Assembly (NCBI RefSeq): GCF_016127575.1
Contig: NZ_CP066018.1
Location: forward strand, 540,001-572,000
Length of the DNA: 32,000 bases
Source of the DNA: Cupriavidus necator
Lineage (GTDB): Bacteria; Pseudomonadota; Gammaproteobacteria; Burkholderiales; Burkholderiaceae
Direction: 5' to 3'
Each line of letters opens with the position of its first letter. Position 1 is the first letter of the stretch. The notes beneath the pieces are model-generated. The model saw only the letters and a list, made by a program, of their open reading frames with translations. It was not told where the DNA came from and did no database searches. This document shows positions 25,136 to 32,000 of the stretch, piece after piece. The position numbers and the translations under genes were made by a program.

Positions 25136-26122
25136 ATGAGCTGGCCCAGGGAGTATGGTGGCCAGGGACGCACGCCCTACGAGCAACTCGCATTCATGGA
25201 AGAGATCCAGCAAGCCGGTGCACCCATGGGCGGCCGCGGGGACATCCAGGCGCATGCACTGATGGCGTTCGGTACGGCCGAGCAACAGGCCGAGTTCCTG
25301 CCCAAGCTCGCCCGCGGCGAGATCACCTTCTGCCTGGGCTACAGCGAACCAGGGTCGGGCTCGGACCTCGCATCGATGCAGACGACCGCCGAGCGCGACG
25401 GCGACGAGTGGGTCATCAACGGCCAGAAAATCTGGACCACGGCCGCCGAAAAGGCGGACTACATATGGCTGGCCGCCCGCACCGACCGGAATGCGGTGCG
25501 ACCGCACGCGGGCCTCAGCATCTTCATTGTTCCAATGAACAGCCCGGGCCTCACCGTCAGACCATCGATGGCAATGTACGGTCACACGTTCTGCCAGGAA
25601 TTTCTGGACAATGTCCGGGTTCCCGCCAGTGCGTTGGTCGGGAAACTCAACGACGGCTGGACAGTCCTGACATCGGCGCTTGCAACGGAGCGCATGATGA
25701 TGGGAAGCTTCATCGCCAATGCCCGCGCGGAATTCGAACGACTGGTTCGTTGCGTCCGTGACAAGACGGTGCTGGCCAATGATGGGGCAGTTCGCGACCG
25801 CATTGGCGCGCTGGCGGCCGAAGTGGAAGCCGGGCGGCAGTTGTTCATGAAGAGTATCGCCATGGCCGAGCAAGGCAAGGTCCCCATTCATGAAGCGGCC
25901 ATGAGCAAGGCCTTTACGGGCGAATTGACGGAACGCCTAGGCCAAGCGGCGCTCGATATCCTCGGCACTGGAGCAACCTTGTCCGAGGACGCCGAAAGCG
26001 CGATCGCCAGCGGCAGGTTCGAACGGTTGCTGCGGTACGCGATCCTGACCGTCATCGGCGGCGGCACCGCGGAAATTCAGCGAAACCTGATCGCCCAGCG
26101 TGGGCTGGGGTTACCTCGTTGA
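25136..26122 (+). CDS. acyl-CoA dehydrogenase, truncated at the N-terminus as an ATG-initiated ORF (probably frameshifted or pseudogenised at its 5' end)
   Basis: GYSEPGSGSDLASMQTTAERDGDEWVINGQKIWTT and GGGTAEIQRNLIA are ACAD signatures. The same frame is open upstream to 25010 and there encodes VRAWLKENWSGDSPRHEQDHAYEEWGYDTQFTRLLGSKGWNT, typical ACAD N-terminal sequence, with no start codon. Confidence 0.8.
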   Translation: MSWPREYGGQGRTPYEQLAFMEEIQQAGAPMGGRGDIQAHALMAFGTAEQQAEFLPKLARGEITFCLGYSEPGSGSDLASMQTTAERDGDEWVINGQKIWTTAAEKADYIWLAARTDRNAVRPHAGLSIFIVPMNSPGLTVRPSMAMYGHTFCQEFLDNVRVPASALVGKLNDGWTVLTSALATERMMMGSFIANARAEFERLVRCVRDKTVLANDGAVRDRIGALAAEVEAGRQLFMKSIAMAEQGKVPIHEAAMSKAFTGELTERLGQAALDILGTGATLSEDAESAIASGRFERLLRYAILTVIGGGTAEIQRNLIAQRGLGLPR

Positions 26123-26695
26123 AGACCGATGCCGATGCCCCCTTCAGCCCACGCATGCCCCCGTGTCATTACCTCGTACTATGGGCGTATCCGGCTTCAC
26201 TGGGGCAGTACCAAGCTTGGCGCCTTGTGCCGTCATAGCTCACAATCGACCGCAATGGGTCGGAAAACGATCGTTTGTCTTATGTCGACCAACTTCCGCT
26301 GATTGCCTGAACAGCCTTTCGGACTATCGCGTTGGACGTCGCAGTAGGGTCGACTGCCGCCGCCGCTGATATCCAATGTGTCCTTCCCATCACCGAACGT
26401 TCCAGACCGCGCGCATGAAGCGCTACTGTCACGCCAACAGACCGGCATTGCAAACTGGCTACCCGGCTTGACAGCCAGTCTGCGCGGCGTCGGTCAATCC
26501 CCCCGTGTCGGCCGCTCAACCCGTCGGAGACACCCCACACTGCTCCAGGATTGAACACATCGATTCAAATCACAACACCCTGCGATTCGCACGGGATCAA
26601 TCGCTGCCAAAAAATCTCTTTAAGGACACAGGTACAGTTCGTGCGTCATGGCATGTGGGTGCAAGACACCTCATCACTACAATATTGGAGACGCC

Positions 26696-27869
26696 ATGAC
26701 CCACCTGAACGCCGCTGATCGCATCGACAGCTTCTTCATTCCCTGCGTGACTCTCATTGGTCCAGGCTGTGCGCGCGAGACCGGCACGCGCGCCAAAGCG
26801 CAAGGCGCAAGAAAGGCCCTCATCGTCACGGATGCCGGCCTGCACAAGATGGGGCTATCCGAAACCATCGCGGGGTACATCCGCGAGGCAGGGCTTCAGG
26901 CCACTCATTTTTCCAGGGGCCGAACCCAATCCAACCGACGTCAATGTTCATGACGGCGTCAAGCTGTTCGAGCAGGAGGGATGCGACTTCATTGTCTCGC
27001 TGGGCGGCGGCTCCTCGCACGACTGCGCGAAAGGAATCGGCCTCGTTACCGCCGGAGGCGGACATATCCGCGACTACGAGGGCATCGACAAATCGACGGT
27101 GCCAATGACGCCGCTCATTTCCATCAATACGACCGCCGGCACCGCTGCGGAGATGACTCGCTTTTGCATCATCACCAATTCGAGCAATCACGTGAAGATG
27201 GCCATCGTCGATTGGCGCTGCACACCGCTGATCGCAATCGACGATCCCCGGCTGATGGTCGCAATGCCGCCCGCATTGACTGCCGCGACCGGCATGGATG
27301 CGCTCACGCACGCCGTCGAAGCATACGTTTCCACCGCGGCCACGCCAATTACCGATGCATGCGCGGAAAAAGCGATTGCGTTGATCGGCGAGTGGCTGCC
27401 CAAGGCCGTAGCCAATGGCAATTCGCTGGAAGCGCGTGCCGCGATGTGCTACGCGCAATACCTTGCTGGCATGGCCTTCAACAATGCGTCGCTCGGCTAT
27501 GTGCACGCAATGGCCCATCAACTTGGCGGCCTCTACAACCTGCCACATGGTGTGTGCAACGCGATCTTGCTGCCCCATGTATCGGAATTCAACCTTATTG
27601 CCGCGCCTGAACGCTTCGCGAAGATCGCAGAACTGCTCGGCGAAAACGTTGCGAGCCTCAGTACCAGTGACGCGGCCAAGGCTGCGATCTCGGCGATCCG
27701 GGCTCTCGCCGCTTCGATCGGCATTCCTGCCGGCCTGGCCAGCCTGGGCGTCAAGGCGGAAGACCATGAGGTGATGGCGCACAACGCACAAAAAGATGCA
27801 TGCATGCTGACGAATCCACGCAGGGCCACCACGGCGCAAGTCATCGCTATCTTCGCTGCAGCGATGTAA
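26696..27869 (+). pseudogene. iron-containing (group III) alcohol dehydrogenase, interrupted by a 1-nt frameshift near 26903
   Basis: ATG 26696 (GGAG upstream) opens [30 protein letters not shown]...[12 protein letters not shown]. That frame then runs out of frame to a stop at 26951-26953. Frame +1 continues from 26904 with [22 protein letters not shown]...[14 protein letters not shown]...[19 protein letters not shown] to TAA 27867-27869. The two pieces join into a ~390-aa Fe-ADH. Confidence 0.85.
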
Positions 27870-27877
27870 AAGGTATG

Positions 27878-27903
27878 CCCCCTCCGACGAACGCGGGAGG
27901 GGG
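27878..27903 (+). terminator. GC-rich stem-loop just after the ADH stop (probable intrinsic terminator with a weak U-tail)
   Basis: CCCCCTCC (27878-27885), 10-nt loop, GGAGGGGG (27896-27903), followed by TT. Confidence 0.45.
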
Positions 27904-27956
27904 TTCAGCGGCACGATTAACTTCGCGTGTTTAGACTTCCACCCAAAGGAGTCACG

Positions 27957-28151
27957 ATGATTTCCTCCTATGTCGAACCGCTTTCCTGCATTCACGCAGA
28001 AGGCTCACCGCAACAGTCGCAGCAATCGATGCATCTTGCGCGCCAAGACCTTGTCACGCACCTTGTGCGCAAGAGGCCCACGGACGTGCTCATGGATGGC
28101 TCAAACGAGCGACCCGATGTCAGGACCGTCGCCGTGCTGGGTTACAACTAG
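27957..28151 (+). CDS. possible small ORF (64 aa), function unknown
   Basis: A strong Shine-Dalgarno AAGGAG sits 5 nt before ATG 27957. The peptide is MISSYVEPLSCIHAEGSPQQSQQSMHLARQDLVTHLVRKRPTDVLMDG... The only support is the SD and the open frame. Confidence 0.25.
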   Translation: MISSYVEPLSCIHAEGSPQQSQQSMHLARQDLVTHLVRKRPTDVLMDGSNERPDVRTVAVLGYN

Positions 28152-28331
28152 AGCGAAGACGCAGCAAGCACCATTCTCTTCCAATAGCCCAAAGCGCGCT
28201 GCAGGCGCGCGGCACGCCCTTGCCGGACCGCTGTCGGTCCGCCGCGGAATGCGATCCTGTGAAGCCGATCAGTCCCTCGAGATCGGGACGAAATGCCTGG
28301 GGTCGTGGACGTGCGCCGGCTCGATGGCGCG

Positions 28332-28667
28332 CTAGGCCTCGACCAGTTCCTCGAAGTCGCTATCGTCGAGAGCGCCCTTGCTTCGAGCATTGGTCGAGAA
28401 CCCGGTGGACGACCTGCCGCTGTCGGGGGATTGGCTCATCGATTCGGCACCGATGCTACGCCCGCTCTGGAACAGCATTCGCTTGTCGAGATGGGTTACC
28501 TCCGCTTTGACAAAGACCAGCGGCTTGCTCGCGTAGCACCCCAAGCACGAGTCCTTCCGATACCTTATGGATGTCGAAGCTGCCCATTGCGGATGATGCC
28601 TCGACCTGTTTTTTTCTAGCAGCGCCATGAGTTCCCGGAAATCGTTGAGCAGGTCAAGATGCTTCAA
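28332..28667 (-). CDS. possible gene fragment (111 codons, TTG start) inside a decayed region
   Basis: The peptide looks partly protein-like (LLNDFRELMALLEK... ; acidic tail GALDDSDFEELVEA). It abuts out-of-frame ORFs upstream and has no ATG or SD. Confidence 0.25.
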   Translation of the reverse strand: MKHLDLLNDFRELMALLEKNRSRHHPQWAASTSIRYRKDSCLGCYASKPLVFVKAEVTHLDKRMLFQSGRSIGAESMSQSPDSGRSSTGFSTNARSKGALDDSDFEELVEA

Positions 28668-29987
28668 TGTGCTCTCCCCGGTTGGCTTCCCATTCTTCGT
28701 CCGGCAAAGCGCATTGTGAATCTTGGACGCCTTGGAAAAAGTGAAATTTGGAACTGCATGGTGACTGGAGGGTCGACCACAAGCGGCTGGCGCTCATACT
28801 TGCAGCCGCTTGATCTTTGACTCTTCAAGCTCTCCTGGAACTTTGCTCGTCCTTCGGCACTATCGCGATCAACCGCGCATATTGCAATGACAGTTTTTGG
28901 GCCGCTACCGCGAAGCCTTGAGGAACTTAGGTGTCTCCCTTTGATTTCGCTAATGGACGAATGGAACGACGTAGGAGGTCCGGCATTTCGCCAAAGCTTG
29001 CTGCGCCGTGGTCCAAAAAAGAATATGTGCAGTCCAACCTCTTGATCATGGGCCACATGCTCGCCATGTGAGCTCCTGCCGAATCCCTTATAGCCCCGCC
29101 GGCACCGATGCCTCCGCGTACCCGCAAACCTGCACCGATCGCCGATGAGATCTAGCGAGCGCCGGACGGGATCAACGGCGGAGAACGGCCAGTAGCGGCC
29201 TTTGACCGCGACGAAGCGAAGGGCCGTTCTAAATCCACTTTTTGCCATTCGACCAAGTGGCGTTTCATGACACCCCTAGGTTCTCGACGGCCTCGAAGTT
29301 GATTCAAGGAAATGAACATCGGGCAAGCGCTACCCACGATCTCCCACATCAAGCTGTTCGTGCGGCCATTGACCGAATGCGCGGACGGCATTGCCGGCAC
29401 CTTGTCGACATCCCGGCGGTGGCCCGCTACCTGGCGCCAGGATGTCCCCAGCCCCACGCGAGATCGGAGCCAGATAGGTCCGACAGCGCAGCACGGGTAG
29501 TTGGCAGGATCTGAGGGTCAGGCACGCGACGGAAAAAAGCGCGGATCCACTGCATCCCTAGCCGACCGCGGCCGTCGCGGCAGTCCTCACGCTTTGCATT
29601 CCTTACGCCTTGCATGACGGCGGCCATGGGTGGGGCGCCGCACAGCGCCTGCCACGACCCAGGTGCACAGCGCCGGGTGGAAGCCATTCAACTGCCCGAT
29701 CTGCGCGACCAGCCCGAAAAGCCGGTGGATGCGGGCGCATCCCGATCCGACCAAGGTCCCTCTGGCGGTCAAGGCCCGCAGCCCGCCACGCAACGAGGCG
29801 GCCGCCGGGATGTTGCCCCAGCATATGCCGCGGCATCCGCATCTCGTGGTGCCACCACGAGTTGAAGCCATACACCTAGACGACGTCTTCTTGTCCACGG
29901 AGACGAAAGCCTGAGCAAGCTCTCGTCACGATTACCCGGACCGCTACCTCGCCGATCCTCCGGGAATCACGATGCCCACACATTAAC

Positions 29988-30001
29988 ACAACACGTGTTG
30001 T
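29988..30001. promoter_or_regulatory. perfect 14-bp palindrome ACAACACGTGTTGT upstream of the PhyH-family gene (operator-like)
   Basis: The sequence equals its own reverse complement, checked base by base. Its centre lies ~83 nt upstream of ATG 30078, in an AT-richer stretch. Confidence 0.4.
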
Positions 30002-30077
30002 CTTAAAGAGCATTGCGGGTTATTGTTCATGCATCGCGCCGGCCAGCGTCCATCACGAAGAATGAAGGAGACCGATC

Positions 30078-30914
30078 ATGCTCACCACCCAATCCCAACG
30101 AGAAGCGTTTCGCAATGACGGCGCCGTACTTGTAGAAAACTGTCTTGACCCGGCGCAGCTCGCTCAGTGCTACGAGGCGTTCAAGTGGAACGTCGCCAAT
30201 CCGGGTCCGTATCACTTCCGCTCGCTGGACGGCACGAGCCTGCAGACCCATATCGACAACGCCAATCCGGTCGTCAAGGACAAGCTTGACGATCTGGTCT
30301 CGACGCTACCGTTCGGAAAGATATTCCAGCAGTTATGGGGATCGGCGCATGTCTGGTATTTCGCCGAGGAGGTGTTCGCCAAGGAAGGTGGCCAAAGCGG
30401 CCGCGGACCGTGGCATCAGGACACCGCCAACCTACCCTGGGCCGGCAAGCACTGGGGCAACGCCTGGATCACCTTCCAGCCCATTCCAAAGAGGAATTCG
30501 CTGGAGATCATTCGCGGCTCGCATCTCGGCATCCAGTACGACGGGGCCAGCTTCGCGAATGCCGATGACCCGACCGATCCGCTCTACGGCGACGGCACGC
30601 TGCCCCGCCTTCCGCATATCGACAAGGAACTCGCCGAAGATCCGAACGCCTGGGACGTGCTCTCCTGGGGCGTGACGCCCGGCGACGTCGTATTCCTGCA
30701 TCCGCGTTCGCTGCACGGAGGAGCCGCCGTCGACGCCGACTGTCCGACCCGCCATACCCTGGTACTTCGATTCTTCGGTGACGACGCCACGTTCCGCGCC
30801 CTGCCGCTGTCGAACCCGCGCTATGCCCGTAACGGGCCCCTATTCAGCGAAGAAATGGCCAAGCTCAATGAAGGCGAGCCGTTCCGCTCGCCTGTCTTCC
30901 GCCAGATCGCCTGA
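30078..30914 (+). CDS. phytanoyl-CoA dioxygenase (PhyH) family Fe(II)/2-oxoglutarate oxygenase
   Basis: The N-terminus QREAFRNDGAVLVENCLDPAQL is typical of PhyH. GPWHQDTANLPW carries the HxD motif, and LHPRSLHGG carries the distal His. The SD is GAAGGAGA. Confidence 0.85.
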   Translation: MLTTQSQREAFRNDGAVLVENCLDPAQLAQCYEAFKWNVANPGPYHFRSLDGTSLQTHIDNANPVVKDKLDDLVSTLPFGKIFQQLWGSAHVWYFAEEVFAKEGGQSGRGPWHQDTANLPWAGKHWGNAWITFQPIPKRNSLEIIRGSHLGIQYDGASFANADDPTDPLYGDGTLPRLPHIDKELAEDPNAWDVLSWGVTPGDVVFLHPRSLHGGAAVDADCPTRHTLVLRFFGDDATFRALPLSNPRYARNGPLFSEEMAKLNEGEPFRSPVFRQIA

Positions 30915-30939
30915 TATCGCCTTGGACGGAGAAGCAGCC

Positions 30940-31347
30940 ATGAAACGACAAATGATCAATCCCGGCCTTGCACAGGCAAGGCACTACGACCAGCTTCATT
31001 TCTCGTCGGCGACCCGTGTCGGCGACATGATCTGGGTGTCCGGCCAGGTGGGGTTCGATCTGGCGACGGCCACGGTGGGACAGGGAATGGAAGCGCAGGC
31101 CCGACAGGCGTTTGAAAACCTGAAGACGGTCCTCGAAGCCGCGGGAGCCAGCATGGCCGATATCGTGGAGATCATGACTTTCCACACCGACTTGCGCGGC
31201 GACATCCATGAGTTTGTGAAGGTCAAGGATGAATACCTACCCGACCGCTATCCCTCGTGGACAGGCGTGGGCGTAAGCCAGCTGGCCCGCCCCGAGTTCC
31301 TCGTCGAGATACGCGCCATTGCGGTCGCCGGCTGCGGCGCCGGCTGA
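30940..31347 (+). CDS. RidA/YjgF/UK114-family (endoribonuclease L-PSP) protein
   Basis: 135 codons starting at ATG 30940 (GGAGAA upstream). VGDMIWVSGQVG...AQARQAFENLKTVLEAAGASMADIVEIMTFHTD...GVGVSQLARPEFLVEIRAIA fits the family pattern. The longer track ORF from 30778 overlaps the PhyH gene. Confidence 0.85.
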   Translation: MKRQMINPGLAQARHYDQLHFSSATRVGDMIWVSGQVGFDLATATVGQGMEAQARQAFENLKTVLEAAGASMADIVEIMTFHTDLRGDIHEFVKVKDEYLPDRYPSWTGVGVSQLARPEFLVEIRAIAVAGCGAG

Positions 31348-31441
31348 CTGCCGGATGCCGCCGCCCCGTTTGCACACCAGGGTCGCGGCACACGATCCCA
31401 AAAGAAAATAGAACAGCGACAAAGCTGATGGAGACACCAAC

Positions 31442-32000
31442 ATGAATCGTCCCAATACGGTTGTCAGGCCGGATAAGCCATCCAGCATCCTGGCGAGGCT
31501 TGACCGCCTGCCGGTGATGGCTTCCCACTACGTCTGGGCCGCGCTGCTCGCGGCCAACCTGATGCTGGAGTATTACGACAACGCCATCTTTGCCTACGCC
31601 AGTCCAACGATCAAAGCCCATACCAATCTGAGCACGGAGCAGATCGGCCTCATCAGCAGCGCGTTCTTCATCGGGATGATTGTCGGCGCGCTGGTGGGAG
31701 GAAGGCTGTCTGACAGGTGGGGACGACGCTCGGTTCTGGTATGGACCACCGTCCTGTACTCGCTGGGCGCGTTAGCGACGGCGTTCGCGCCTACCTACGA
31801 GACCATACTGGCCTCCCGCGTCGTCACGGGTGTCGGCGTGCAGGCCGCCACATCGGTGCTGCTTGTCTATATCGCCGAGATGTTTCCCGGCAAGGCGCGT
31901 GGCCGTTTCGTCTCCATCGTGACGATCGGGTTCGTGGTCTCCGGCATCGGGGCTGCGGCGCTGGCGATGTTCTATCTCCCGCACAGCAGTACCGGTGCCT
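31442..32000 (+). CDS. MFS transporter, 5' part (continues beyond the window)
   Basis: ATG 31442 (GGAGA upstream). The frame is open to the window end. TM-like stretches are present, plus MFS motif A GGRLSDRWGRR. It is absent from the ORF track because no stop lies inside the window. Confidence 0.85.
   Translation, partial: MNRPNTVVRPDKPSSILARLDRLPVMASHYVWAALLAANLMLEYYDNAIFAYASPTIKAHTNLSTEQIGLISSAFFIGMIVGALVGGRLSDRWGRRSVLVWTTVLYSLGALATAFAPTYETILASRVVTGVGVQAATSVLLVYIAEMFPGKARGRFVSIVTIGFVVSGIGAAALAMFYLPHSSTGA

Noticed and set aside
26456-26471. Sigma-54-like promoter (TGGC..N..TTG) upstream of the alcohol dehydrogenase
   Set aside because: The spacing between the GG and TTG elements is one base too long, and the -12 element reads TTGA rather than TTGC. 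That is not enough for a call.
26826-27995. 389-aa minus-strand ORF
   Set aside because: It is antisense to the alcohol dehydrogenase, whose plus-strand frames carry the Fe-ADH motifs.
28664-29248. 194-aa minus-strand ORF, the longest in the 27.9-30.1 kb gap
   Set aside because: It has Arg/Ser/Gly/Phe-rich, low-complexity composition, no start-site signals, and out-of-frame neighbours at both ends. I treat it as part of a decayed region rather than as a gene.
29495-29550. Tn3-family-like terminal repeat (..CTGAGGGTCAGGCACGCGACGGAAAAAAGC..)
   Set aside because: It shares only a short ACGGAAAA-type similarity with Tn3/Tn21 inverted repeats. There is no GGGG terminus, no partner repeat and no transposase or resolvase ORF nearby.
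1-32000. Scan for CRISPR arrays, tRNA/rRNA genes and intact insertion sequences
   Set aside because: I saw no regularly spaced 25-40-nt repeats, no cloverleaf-compatible T-arm/acceptor combinations and no DDE or serine/tyrosine recombinase motifs. An eye scan can miss short or degenerate elements.

Overview
High-GC bacterial DNA. Gene content suggests a Burkholderiales (Cupriavidus/Ralstonia-like) replicon, but that is an inference. All calls come from reading the ORF track and recognising motifs by eye; no similarity search was run.

(1) nt 1-8212, accessory islet. It holds a 1258-aa reverse transcriptase (YVDD) fused to a long helical region and a C-terminal nitrilase/C-N hydrolase domain with a Glu-Lys-Cys context. 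Three same-strand genes follow: a 2-TM protein, a cysteine-dioxygenase-like cupin whose start overlaps the previous stop, and a 395-aa protein with an Rx4H (HEPN-like) motif. Then come 766 nt of non-coding DNA. The three downstream genes look AT-richer than the neighbouring cluster, and none of the four genes has a recognisable Shine-Dalgarno. This RT-nitrilase plus three-gene set is my best candidate for an undescribed defence-type system.

(2) nt 8213-20748, a tightly packed 12-gene minus-strand operon for CoA-thioester (beta-oxidation-like) catabolism. It encodes 2 acyl-CoA synthetases, 2 crotonases, 1 canonical SCP2-type thiolase, 2 thiolase-fold proteins lacking the nucleophile Cys, 2 DUF35 proteins, an SDR, a hypothetical protein and a secreted lipase.

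(3) nt 20749-32000. This part holds a divergent large LuxR/MalT-type regulator and an acyl-CoA dehydrogenase pair with a frame break at the junction. It also holds a frameshifted iron-type alcohol dehydrogenase, about 2.2 kb that looks like decayed coding sequence, a PhyH-family dioxygenase, RidA and a truncated MFS transporter.

No rRNA, tRNA, CRISPR array or intact IS element was recognised.
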